Origin: Vairimorpha necatrix
Lineage: Eukaryota
Assembly: GCA_036630325.1 (NCBI GenBank)
Contig: CP142733.1
Span: forward strand, 806,001 to 870,000
Length of the DNA stretch: 64,000 bases
Direction of reading: 5' to 3'
The translations under genes were made by a program, and so were the position numbers. Position 1 is the first letter of the stretch; every line of letters begins with the position of its first letter. The notes below the pieces were generated by a model. It saw nothing but the letters and a program-made list of their open reading frames with translations. It had not been told where the DNA came from and did no database searches. This document shows, in pieces, positions 21,214-33,656 of this stretch.

Positions 21214-23888
21214 AATTTTGATAAGGTAAAACTTTTTTTTACATTTTTTACAAAATACTTTTAGCTATCATAATATACACAGCTAATGCTTAAATGCCGT
21301 TTAATGGTATATTTTTGTTATAAAAATGTGTATGTTATTCTACTTTTCTTTAAAATTTTTACTGAGTTCGATTATATAAGTTCCAATTTGCAGGCAATTT
21401 AGCATAGAAATATATTATGCGTGATAATTTATAACATAAGCACATCGTATGTTTGACTAGAGAGTTTGTTATGTTTTTTAGATCAGTCATATTAATTTTT
21501 GTTGCTTTATATTGTCTTTTAGATACCCGTTAATTGTATAAAACGAATACTTATGTATCTACTATCACGAATTTTGCAATTCTAGGTCTATATCAAAATA
21601 CTTTTTAGGTTTATTATGGCACATGGACCATTTGAATGCCAATATTGATCTCATCGTATGTATTTGCTACTATTTGTTGGGCTAGATTTAGACTCATATG
21701 CTTCTACTAAATTTTCTATATTATTTATTATAAGTAACAAACGTTAAAAGGCATTTAAACTTTTCATGTTAATTATTATGTGCTCATCCATCGGCATCAT
21801 ATGACTTCTTTTTGCTTAAAGTTCAATTTTTTCTTAATAACTGTAGAAACAGGGCTTATAATCTATTGTAAGTACATTATTATAAGAACACACTTGTTTT
21901 TATGTCTTATTTTATTTCGTATAGATTTTTTTTCACTTTAATTACGAAAAAATGTTGATATATAAAATTTCTTGTTTTTTACTTTAAGGTAGCTTATATA
22001 ACATAATCAGTATTTACTTTCGATCTACCCTTCGTTAATATTGTTTTATAGATCTAATATAAACAACATAAGCTTTTCTAATGTCCATATCTTTTTTTCT
22101 TGTGATTGGGCTTTAAAATAAGCTTTTTATATAGAATAAAAATTTTTTCAAATATGTATTATAACTTAGTCTTGAAACTATATAAAAAATTTACTTCTGT
22201 GGAAAAACAAAACTAAGATCTATTTAATGTAAATCTTTACAAATAATTAATTTATAATTTTTTTTAGGACATTTTTTCTATTTAAATCTCATTTTTTTTA
22301 AAAAGCACGTCGATTGAAAAAGTATAATAACGACCAATGTGAAAAGATAGTAAATAAAACTATTTGTTTCTCATTATTGGTCCAACTAAGAATGCTAGTC
22401 AAAAAAATCATTGTATAAAAACGCCTTTTTTTATTACGGCGTGCAATTTTTGATATGAATTTTTATAACACAGCCTAGAATGCCATTAATATAAGATAAA
22501 ATACATCCACAGAAAAAATTATTTAAGCTTAATAAAATATAAATTATTTAATAAATTTGTTTTTTGAAGTTGAGCGGAAAGAAACAAAAAGGATACATAA
22601 CAGTATGCAAAAACACATAAATTCTTGTCTTCATTTTTAACTTACTTTATTAAGAATTAAAATCTAAGTAAATTTGGTATCTGATTAAACAATCTGTATC
22701 ATATGTATAAGTCATGTAACATTAGTTTTATAAATCAGGACAAGAAACAGAGAGACGATTTAATATCACAAAAACTTTACGCATCTAGAAGTAACTTTTC
22801 ATAAGCAAATTTTCAGTCTATTGAGTTAAAGGATATTTTAGTCTTCGTCTCATCAATGTAGACTAGGATTTAATTTGTTAGATTCTAGGGAAAAATCGCA
22901 GAACATAAATTGCGCTAGCTTGCAAGGTAACTGTTCATAGAATGCCTGTCTAAACAGACTTGATATAATTAATAGATTATATAAGTTGAAAATACTACAT
23001 TATCTAATCTCTAGAGAGTACAATCCCACGGGAGGCACCAAAATACGGGTATATTAATACTTGAATCAATACAAATTGTTTCAATGGTATATTATAAAAT
23101 TTATTTTCAACTTTAAATATATTCTTCTAGCTTTATTTAAGTACGACTTCTCAATATTGAATATTTCATTATGCAATAGAGAAGGTAAAGATTCCTCTAA
23201 AGAATATTAATAACTAAAGTACGAAGTTACAAATGAAATTAAGTAAGAAATATTTATTTGTAAATATACAATGGAATTTTGCAAAAAAAAATTATAGTTA
23301 GACGTAACTTAAAGATCTTTAAAAAAAAATCAATGAGTTTTTTTTTATTTCTCTAATCTATAATGATAAATTAATTATATGGAGGAAATTCATCTATGTA
23401 TCATTCAAATGGGATTCAGTAATTTAAAACTTTAGAAAACATAAAAAAAATGTATAACTACATGTTTAACAAAGCAGAGATACTTTTAATCATCAGAAAT
23501 TTTTTTAAAAACACAATATTTTCAGATTATAATGCTGTTAAGCGCACAACTGAAGGAATAAAGAAAATTAAAGCTTACACGTTTTGTTTATTTTATCATG
23601 GGGTCAAATTGAGGTTAAAATGGGCCTATTTGGTTACAAGTTTTAATTATTTTTTCATCTAACGTTTTTTCTCTTTGAATTTTAAGAAATATAAACATTA
23701 CAACTTAAAATTTGATTTATGTTTGTAAAATAAAACCCTTTTATAAGCAAATTAAGTATAATAATCAACATTCTAATTTCGGGCTAAAAAAGTGTAATAT
23801 TTATTTAATATTCAAATTTTTGCGTTTTCGGGAAATAAAAAAATATTTATAAAATCTTCAAAATATAAAATTTAATATTCTCTAACCC

Positions 23889-24437
23889 ATGGAAGGAACT
23901 GTGGAAGATTTAAAAAATTATATAAAACTATTAAAATCATTAGAAACCCTTTATAATTTGTACTATGAAGTAGAAGAAACTAACAAATATAAAAGAAACA
24001 TTTTAAAGAAACTAGTAAAAACAGAATATAAAAAGATAATGAAACTCAAAAAGAATGATAAAAATAAAGACACAAAGTATTTTTTAAACAAAGCAAACTC
24101 AATATACTATTCTATAAATATTAAAGATTTAGAATGTGATTTCAATGATATAAAAAATCTAATAAAATTTGACAAATTATTATTTTTATGTAAGAAAAAG
24201 TATAAAAAAAAATTTAGCAGCAAATTCAATATTGAAAATGTGGATAATGTGTTTTGTGTTGGGTGTAGTAAAGAAGTAAAAAACAAAATGCTAAAATATC
24301 ATGTATTAGGAAAAAAACACCAAAAAAATATTGGAAAAGAAAAATTTTTATGTTTAAAAATTGATAAAAAAGTATTGATAAATGAAAGTAAAAAACTAAT
24401 AAAGAAAATAATAAAAGAGAAGAATAGCACAAAATAA
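23889..24437 (+). CDS. Matrin/U1C-type zinc finger protein, resembles a truncated SF3a60/Prp9
   Basis: CCC-ATG; FCVGCSKEVKNKMLKYHVLGKKH (C2H2); N-terminus MEGTVEDLKNY is Prp9-like; no C-terminal finger. Confidence 0.6.
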   Translation: MEGTVEDLKNYIKLLKSLETLYNLYYEVEETNKYKRNILKKLVKTEYKKIMKLKKNDKNKDTKYFLNKANSIYYSINIKDLECDFNDIKNLIKFDKLLFLCKKKYKKKFSSKFNIENVDNVFCVGCSKEVKNKMLKYHVLGKKHQKNIGKEKFLCLKIDKKVLINESKKLIKKIIKEKNSTK

Positions 24438-27400
24438 AAGAATAATGTAATAAAAAAGTAGTTTTATATGATATAACCTATACAATAATTATACAATTGT
24501 AAATATTAAAACCCACAACATTGGTTAAGATACTCTCTTTGTTGTTTGTTTATAAAAATCATATCAAATGACAAGCAAAATTTGAAAAAATAATAATTAT
24601 ATTGTGTATCAAGGGGCCAACGGTCTGAGCATGGACTTTTCCTATTTTTATATGTACTGAATCCTGGCCAGGCCGTAAAGTGGGAATGTTTTTTACATTT
24701 CATATACCCAGAAGTCATAATTTTACAGATTTGTTTAAACTTCATTCACGTTAACATTTCTAAGTGAAAAAATTTTTAGTTTTAAGATATTTTTACAAAA
24801 CTATTTATCCTCATATTATATTTGGAGGCAATCGAAAGTAAGTCTAAAAATTTCCAAAATCTTCATAGGCAATATGTTAGCAAGTAGATGAAGTTCTTTT
24901 GAGTCAACACAGAGTTTTTAATAGTAGTGGAATAATGGTTCTTCCCCCCCCCCCCCCCCGGAAATTCGTACATTGACTGCCTAGGTATAAGTGTAGGTTA
25001 AAGACGGCATTTGGAACAATAATCGAGATTTAAATAAACTTTTGTTTTCTGCTCTCCCAAATATTCAACATAATTTTTTTATTATGTGTTCATTTATCGT
25101 TTCTAGTCTTTTAAACCAAAATAAACATTTCAGTTTGTCAGCTTCAAGTGTTTTAATTTAAAAAAAATTATAAGAACTGTGCAAAAAAATTGAAAACATC
25201 AAAAAAAAGGTATGGCTAGAAGAAGTTACACAGACGAATGGATGAAATTTAAAGGAAGTTTAATTTTCCCTCCGGAAAGATATGACACAGCTAAAAACTG
25301 TACTCGGTTGAACAAAAATACGTGCAAACATCAGAAATGAGAATTAAAAATATTACAAAGCCGGACTATATTTATGTTGACCCATTTTTTAGAAATATAT
25401 ATAAAAACGAAAGGATAATATAGCAAATGGGCATCAATTTTGTACTTAAGCAATCAAATCTATCAACGGCGAATCTACTGTAATTGAATATCGAGGCTAG
25501 GAAAACAAAGCAGTAAAAACCATAAAATTCATAGAAGGTGTCTTTTCACAAAAATTGTGTTATTATACCCAAAAATGATTTTAAGAAAGTTCTATTCCAA
25601 ATTTTTTTGGAAGGGTTTAAATGTCGAAGAACATATGCAATCTATGAAAATATTTGAATATAAGAAATAAAATATTAAAATTTGTAAGTTTACTTGATAA
25701 AAATGCTTTTATTATTTTTTTATCGTTTTTCCTTGAAGAGATTTTCTATAGAAAAAATCCAAGCTAAGAAGATTGCTGCAATTATACCTAATAGTTAATT
25801 AAAGTTTTTGTTTTATACTAAGAGGTTCTCATTAAATATCAAAATCATTTACGGCCATGCTACAAGAAATTTTAAATATCTAGACCGAATTGATAAGAGG
25901 TCTAAAAAGTATACATTACAATATTTTGGCGTGTCTTTATTACCTCAAAATTTTTTATGAAAAAAAAAATATAATACAAAACTGCGATGAATATGCAAAG
26001 AAGAAAATTATTAAAATTTTTTATGTAAAATTCGATTTGTATTATGGATTTTAAAGTATGCAATTCAAAATGTGCTAATATAATTGTAAAAAAAGTGCTT
26101 TACATATAATTAAACCAGAATAAACGAAGTAAACTTGTTTAAAACCTAGATAGATATAAATAAGGCAACAGTTGCCCCTATTACTTTGTAATTTATAGTT
26201 ATAATTAATCTTTAGTCGTAAAAAGAATTTATTTCTACGATAATAACCTATTCTTTGGACAAGAGAACCATAGTTATAATTTTAGATCTCAAAAAAAACA
26301 GCGTCTTGTGTTATCAAAATTACACAGAATTAAGGTTTTAAATATGAAAGACACAATGAAGTAGTCAGCTTTTTTTACTTTTTATAGGTATTAATTATGG
26401 CTTAAGATATAAATAAATTCATGGATACTCGGTACAAGATATTATTAATAATGAATTTGTATTAATTGAGTAAAAAAAGAATGCCTACATTGTGCAATTA
26501 ATCATAATAAGCACATTCCTTGTTCTTTCAGCTAATATAACGAAACATTTATTGTAAAAATTATTATGTACTTCAATAATGGCTCACATACTAGTATCAA
26601 AAATCAACGCTATAGATCATTGATCCTTTTGAAAGCAACTCGTGATAATCATGAACATAGATTAAAATTGTTCCTTATGTAAAACATGTAAGTGATCAAA
26701 TACAAACAAAGAGATCGAGAGATTTTTAATCTTATTATTCTCTTGAGTCATTATATACAATATTTAGTGAAAATAATCTATAGTTCATAACAAAAGTCGA
26801 AGACAAGAAAATGATCAAAAAATCTAGGAGTTCAGAGCGCCAGGAAATATAATTTACTATCGGGCCACTTTTCTTAGATTAGAGTTGTATTCAATATTAA
26901 AGCCACTAAAAAACCTTAACTATATAATAATTTAGCAATAATAGCTACCCCTCTGAAAGCTTTTGCTTAAAAAAGAACAAAAATATTTGTACAAACTACA
27001 TCTGCAATAATCTTGAATAACTCTTTTAATTTTCATCGTAAAGAAGCTTCATATTATAGATTATAGTACACGATGCAATGATAATATAAGATTACTTACG
27101 CATGTATAAAGAACAATTGAAAATTCTCAACACATTGTAGATCTTAAAATTATAACCTATTTTACAGTTAGTTTTCTTTATGAAAATAAAAAAATTACAT
27201 TGTTAAACTGAAAAAATAAGACGAAGGCTTTTTGTGGCTGGGTGGGTTGAAACATTGATGTTATAACATCATTTTATGAGATTAAAGACTAAAAATTCAC
27301 TTAACGGCATATGTTTTAACGCTGTTAACTTTGTTTCGTCCCAAACTAGTTTCTAGCGATAAATGTATTTAAAACAAAAATATATCTTGGTGATGGGGAT

Positions 27401-27756
27401 GAAAATCAACCTTATATTAAAGCCGACCGATCATTATAGTTTGCTTTTCTATGCTTTTATTTCTACAATAATAAGATTTTTTATTTTATCTTCCTTCGAT
27501 ATTTGATCATGTCTTTTTATTTCTTAGTTCAAAAATTATAGAGCATAAAAATCAAATTTAAGTCACATTCTCCCATCATAATGCACATAGTCGATTGATC
27601 TAAGTTAGGTTAATGCTTTAGTAATTGATCGAATTACATCATTGTTCATGTATATTTTCGAATATCCTGTAAAGAAGACGTAAGAAAGCATCTTATTAAA
27701 GAGTATAATTTATAAATTGTATTTAAAGATGATTTTATATTATGAGAGAAATAGGT

Positions 27757-29219
27757 AATTACCGTTTGGAACCCGCATTTGGAAAATTATGTCGCTTTGA
27801 AAATTTGAAGGCCTCTTTTAAAAAATGACAAAATTGGCAAAAAACAATGTTTGTTGAGGCAGATGAGCTTTTTAGTGATAAATGTATTTTAACATTAAAT
27901 AAAAGGAGGTTAGATTTTGGAAACATTTTATGCTGAATCTGCGTGCGCATTGCTCGTTTTTGTAACTAGTAGAAATACTGCTATTTCATGAGGTAATACA
28001 AGAGAATGTATAACATGTTTCTAAAATAATCACTAATCAATGGTAGCATATGATGCCACATTAAACAAGCAAAGGGATGAAGCACGGGACTGAATCACTC
28101 CATCAATGCTGTAAATTCTAGCGATTCTGAGACACAATTCCATACAATTTGATTGGTTTCGGCTTAATTCAAAAAGAGATATTCGATCTAGACATGAAAT
28201 ATTCAGGACGAACACTATAAGTATCTTTTACAGTTTCTCTGGGCACACCAAATCACGAAAAATCACCGGATAAATTGTCTTATTTCAGGAGGTGAGGTAC
28301 CACAGTACCCCCATTTGAGGGTGTTTACTTTATTTTTTCGAACCCCCAAAACGAAGTGCAAAATAAAGAAGGAGCAGGAAGGGGACAAAAATTACTAAGC
28401 ACTTATGACATTAAAAATAACAAATATATATTTATGTACAGAATCATATTTTAATACAAGTTTTTACACTTATATAAATTAACAAGCATTTTTTACTCTT
28501 CTGATTTATTAGAATTGGGGACCAACACGCCGCCCTCTAAGGGTGTTCACTTTATTTTTTCGAACCCCAAAAACAAAGTGCAAAATAAAGGAGAAGCAAT
28601 CATTAGCACTCAAATTACTTGCATCTTTAAATATAAAAAACACCAAATAAATATACTCTTGTGTACGAAATTCAATTTAAAAAAAGAATATAATCATAAA
28701 AGTATATTTTCTAAGAAACTTCTCAAATTTTAAATTAAATTTTTTGATTTAACAATCTTTATAGATCGTTGAACATTTATTTAAATTTTCTTAAATAAAT
28801 AATATTATAATTTTAATTTTTGGTTTATCATAAAAGTAGATTTTTGAAGAAAATCTCCTTTTATAATAAACCAAAAACTAAAAAAAATTGAAAATATAAG
28901 AAGGACAAAAAAAGACACAATACTTAAAATGATTATTAAAACTTGTATTAAAATATAATTCTGTACATAAACATTTATTTATTTGTTATTTTTAATGTCA
29001 TAAGTGCTTAGTAATTTTTGTCCCCTTCCTGCTCCTTCTTTATTTTGCACTTCGTTTTTGGGGTTCGAAAAAATAAAGTAAACACCCTCAAATGGGGGGG
29101 GGGTACTGTGGTATCTTTCACCCCTTATTTCATTATTTAAAATAAATCGTTAAGTCTCTTTTTATAATTTTTTTAACTTTTCCTTTTTGAAATTTTAAAG
29201 TGAGTTCCAAACAGTCATG
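27757..29219. mobile_element. Non-autonomous TIR element (~600 bp) interrupted by a MITE; same family as 39509-40102
   Basis: 27761-28287 is colinear with 39513-40010 and resumes after 29132; ends ACCGTTTGGAACCCGC and GTGAGTTCCAAACAGTCATG. Confidence 0.75.
28288..29124. mobile_element. MITE with ~180-bp TIRs and 8-bp TSD (probably Merlin-mobilised)
   Basis: TSD TTATTTCA at 28280-28287 and 29125-29132; near-perfect inverted arms starting GG; no coding capacity. Confidence 0.88.
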
Positions 29220-29961
29220 AGCCAAGAAATGTTTTATTTTTTAAAAGCAAAGTAGTATAGTATATGTGGTGATATTTACCACATTATTTATTTCCCTCCG
29301 AATAGATTTTTAGAAAATATTTTGTCCATCAATTTTTTAAAGATGAGAAGAACTGAAAATGACTACAAGAACAACGGGAAGGCCTTTCATGCCTTACTAC
29401 CTCACAGGAGAAACCAGACTAGACCATGGAGCAATTTTAATAAACAACATTTAAGTAAAAATAATTAATTAATATTGCAGGGAGGTGCATTTAAAATGCT
29501 ACTTACAAACAGGCCTCTCCCTGGTGGCAACACCACAGTATATCCTATATGGAAAACTGAATAGTCAGAAATTGAACTCGTGATTTCAAATTTTTTTTTA
29601 ATTATAGCTACTATTCTATAAAATCGAAAAAAAAGTTCAAATTTTTTTTAATGCAACATCAAACTCTGTTTCTTTAGATAAAATCTTTTATTTATTTTTA
29701 GCTTATAAAATATTAAATAACTGCGGATAAAAAACTAAACCAAAAACTAAAAAATTAGAATACGGCCGTCAAATTAACGAACATGTATGATGCTTTCAAA
29801 AATTATCATAAATATGCATTATAATGTTTTTAACAAAATATACATAACCCATTGAGCAAATTTTTTGTTAAAAGGTGTTCATTTAATAAATTAAAAAACA
29901 ATAGCCTTGAAATTTATCACATACATAAGTTTTTTTTTGCACAATCAAATAAGTAAATTGA

Positions 29962-31506
29962 CTAAATTTTATTGCCAGGCTCATTTTTTTCTGGATCCTC
30001 CGTACTAATTTGGCTGTAATGGCCTTTCCTAGCATTGATCATTTTATTTATAAGGTGCAGTATCACTAGAATCAAAAAAATGAAAAACATGGCAACAACA
30101 AATGATGCAATAAAAGTAAGATTAAATACAAAAAACACGCCTTGTGCACCCTGTTCTCTACTATACTCATAAGGAATACAATCTTTTGATTGTTCATGTA
30201 GTCTTATATCTGTAGCATTATTTTTTCCCTGCATTTCTGATGTATTAACAATTAACGTTGGAAAATGACGAGATCCTGTCGCATTAACATTAGACAAATC
30301 TGATGTATTTTCAACCTTCTTAGATTTTTTCTTATGAGAACGTTGTCTAGGTCTTGTTGAATGATTAACTAGCTTAGATTTATTTCCAACTTGAGAAGAT
30401 TCTGATGTATTTTCAATTTTTTCGCCATCCTTTGGAGGTTCATTAATTTTATAATCTGTTATATTTTTATTTTGAAATATATTCGATATATTTTCAAGTA
30501 AATCAGTTCCATTTTCAACTTCAAAAGATTCTGATGTACTTTTAATCGCTTCATAATCTGTCTTGTTTTCATTTTGTAAAGAAGTATTCACGATTGTATC
30601 GGAACCAGATTCTTTTGCATCGACAAATTGACGAAAGTTCATTGTATTCTCAACTAAACCAGATTCTGTTGTATTAACTTGTAGAAAATATTCCGTATTA
30701 TTTTCATCTTTTCCTATTTTTTCTGTAATTTCAGAAAAACCATTATCTATATTATTTTCCTTTTGAAATAATTCTGTTGTACTTTCAATTGTACCAGATT
30801 CGGTCTTATATTCCTTTTCAATTAGTTCTGTAGCATCTTCAACATTAGTAAGATTAATATCTTGAGATTTATGGTTAACATGCCTGCACGTTGAGTTTAA
30901 AGATCGATTCTGATTATCTTCAAACCTCTTTAATATATTTTGCTTAAAATTAGAGCCAAAACGATCATCACATTTTTGCAAAAAATCTTCACATAATTCG
31001 ATGTATATTTTTGGAACTCTGTCTTCACCTTGATATTCAATGCATAAGACATGCTTAATAACAAACGTAAAATCTTCATTAGTAAACGTTGTGCTAATAA
31101 GTTTATCATCATAACAAGGCCTAAGAATATGGTACATGGCGTACGTAACATCCAAGATGTTCTTAATAAATATATTTTCTTCCGTTGAAAACTCTTGAAG
31201 CTCTAGGGAAAAATCGTCATCCAATCTCCTAGAGTTCTTCTTAAGTACTTTTAAATATTCAATCTTCATTTTGGTCATATTAAATGTTAACTTAGAACCA
31301 TCAACATTTTTTTGGATAGTTTCGTCACCAAATATAATTTCCCAAATAAGATTCCCAGTGTCCCTTACATTACCATTTGTTGTTTCAGAAAATTCATCGG
31401 TATTAATTTTATTGTTCTGTGATAATGTAAATGGATGATTCAAATCGGTCTCACTAGCATTTAAAAAATTCATTGTAATCAGAAAAAAATTTTGTAGCAA
31501 ACTCAT
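29962..31506 (-). CDS. Type I membrane protein with sequon-rich stalk (514 aa)
   Basis: CCCTC-ATG; signal-like N-terminus; TM segment FIASFVVAMFFIFLILVILHLI; short tail with YSQI. Confidence 0.85.
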   Translation of the reverse strand: MSLLQNFFLITMNFLNASETDLNHPFTLSQNNKINTDEFSETTNGNVRDTGNLIWEIIFGDETIQKNVDGSKLTFNMTKMKIEYLKVLKKNSRRLDDDFSLELQEFSTEENIFIKNILDVTYAMYHILRPCYDDKLISTTFTNEDFTFVIKHVLCIEYQGEDRVPKIYIELCEDFLQKCDDRFGSNFKQNILKRFEDNQNRSLNSTCRHVNHKSQDINLTNVEDATELIEKEYKTESGTIESTTELFQKENNIDNGFSEITEKIGKDENNTEYFLQVNTTESGLVENTMNFRQFVDAKESGSDTIVNTSLQNENKTDYEAIKSTSESFEVENGTDLLENISNIFQNKNITDYKINEPPKDGEKIENTSESSQVGNKSKLVNHSTRPRQRSHKKKSKKVENTSDLSNVNATGSRHFPTLIVNTSEMQGKNNATDIRLHEQSKDCIPYEYSREQGAQGVFFVFNLTFIASFVVAMFFIFLILVILHLINKMINARKGHYSQISTEDPEKNEPGNKI

Positions 31507-32632
31507 GAGGGTAGAAATAATTTTATTTCATAAAGGGATAATTACTAAAAATCATATTAAAATTATAAATTAAGAACATTGAGCCACAAAAAAGACACGA
31601 AAAATGCAAGATGAGAATATTGTAAATAGAAAGAAAGCACAAAAGAGATCTGAATTGGGATGATCAAAATCACGGGACTTTGTTTAGTACATTATCCCTT
31701 TTGAGTAAATAGATAATTAATTTTGCTTTTAAAAACAATAAAAAATAGTCTACATATAATAAAAAACCATTTATTCAGCAAAATGTTCATAATTTGTTCA
31801 AAAGTTCTATATCTAAAGAGAGAATCCATTAGTACTTTTTTTTCTAATATATAAAAATAATGCTACTTGAAAACTCAACTAGACTTTTAAACAATTTTAT
31901 GGGATTCCCAGATATGAACTGATACACAAGCTACTAGAAAAGATACCGAAAACGCAACCATTGGGACATAAAAAACATATAATAAACACTAAAGCATAAT
32001 GTTTCGCAATAAATTCATTTTGTACAAGTAAAAACACAATGAATACTGATATCATACATTTAGATCATGATAAATGATAAACGTATCATGATACTTCAGA
32101 TGTATATCTACATTCTAGAAATTTTGTACTAAACAGAAATTATAAATATTTTTATGGGCGTGATCAGCTTTGAGTACCGTAGATCTTTTAAGTTCTCAAA
32201 TCCTCTTCCTGGTTTTATTAGAAAAAAAAGTTACAAAAATGGGAAATATAGCAAACACTTAAGAGGTTATCCCTTTGTTTTTGTTTTCTAAAAATGAAGT
32301 GCAATAAGGAGGAGCAAAGAAGAGACAAACATTACTAAGCACTTATGATATTAAAAATAACAAACAAATGTATTTCATACAAATTTTGATTTGAATTATA
32401 CTATTGGAATAACTTTTTATCAGCATGCGTTTTTTACCCAGTTAGTTTTTATTATTTTTAGCAAAAGTTGTTTATTATAAAAGGAAACAAATAAAAAACA
32501 TCTTTTTCTATAATAAACTAACCTTAAAAGGAATGAATGATATACATAAAACAATTAAACACGTATTTCTAAATTGTTTAAATTTTCATTTAAAAATGTT
32601 TGTCAACAAATAAATCATTAATAAAAAATGAG

Positions 32633-33656
32633 GGCTAAAGTAAGCATTAGCTACAAAAAATCGATATAGGGTTTTTTTGTTTTTTTTTGCCCCTTTTTTT
32701 TAAAAATGGAGGAAAGAATTCGGACAAGAGAAGAATTGGAGATCATGTATAATGATCTAATAATAAAGAAACAAAATAAAAAATGTAGCGTCTGTAATCA
32801 AAAAATGAAGCAAAGAGGGGAGCAAAGGAGTCTCATAAGGTGTCCATGGAGTTCATGTAAAAACACAATTTCAATTTGGAATGAGACTTTCTTTCAGGAG
32901 TCTAGGATAAATCACATTACAATATTACAAATACTAAATTTATGGATTTTAGGTTATTCACGTAAGTCCATTTCTCAAGTTTTAGGTTGTACTAAATCTT
33001 CTATATCTTCCATTCTAAAAAAGTTAAAACACATGAGTCTTTATGATAAGTATTTATCTAGTATAGGGACTATTGGAGGCGATAATACTATAGTGGAAAT
33101 TGATGAGACTAAGATTGGGAAGAATAAATACAATAGGGGGAAGTTAGTAAAAGGATTTTGGTGTTTTGGAATGGTTGAACGTACCATCCAACGTAGAATC
33201 ATAGTAGTATATATTAAGAAAAGAAACAAAAGGACACTTACTGAACTTCTTTTAAAATATGTAAGTAGAAGCAGTATTATATATAGCGATATGTGGAGAG
33301 CGTATCATTCTTTAAATACAATATTTAACCAACATCATATGGTTAATCATACATTACATTTTAGAGATCCGAATACAGGAGTACATACCAATACCATAGA
33401 AGGTAATTGGAGATCTTTAAAACAATCTATACCAAATAGAAATAGATCATCAAATAGCGCTAAACTTTATTTATTTAGATATATGATCCAAAGAAACTCT
33501 ACAACTTCAGTGTTTGAAGATTTATTAAAATATTTATTCTAGTTTTTATTTTTGTTCCTTCCTCATCATTTTCTTTCCTCCATTTTTAAAAAAAAGGGGC
33601 AAAAAAAAACAAAAAAACCCTATATCGATTTTTTGTAGCTAAAGCTTACTTCAGCC
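32633..33656 (+). mobile_element. Intact Merlin DNA transposon (1024 bp)
   Basis: 86-bp TIRs (32633-32718 and 33571-33656, two mismatches) starting GGCT; 8-bp TSD AAAATGAG on both sides. Confidence 0.95.
32706..33542 (+). CDS. Merlin (IS1016/IS1595-like) DDE transposase
   Basis: N-terminal CxxC..CxxxxC; VEIDETKIGKNKYNRG, IYSDMWRAY, HHMVNH, VHTNTIEGNW. Confidence 0.95.
   Translation: MEERIRTREELEIMYNDLIIKKQNKKCSVCNQKMKQRGEQRSLIRCPWSSCKNTISIWNETFFQESRINHITILQILNLWILGYSRKSISQVLGCTKSSISSILKKLKHMSLYDKYLSSIGTIGGDNTIVEIDETKIGKNKYNRGKLVKGFWCFGMVERTIQRRIIVVYIKKRNKRTLTELLLKYVSRSSIIYSDMWRAYHSLNTIFNQHHMVNHTLHFRDPNTGVHTNTIEGNWRSLKQSIPNRNRSSNSAKLYLFRYMIQRNSTTSVFEDLLKYLF

Noticed and set aside
24500-27000. 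Possible decayed coding sequence (also ~42.7-43.1 and 44.3-45.0 kb)
   Set aside because: Slightly GC-richer patches but no motif or paralog I could align.
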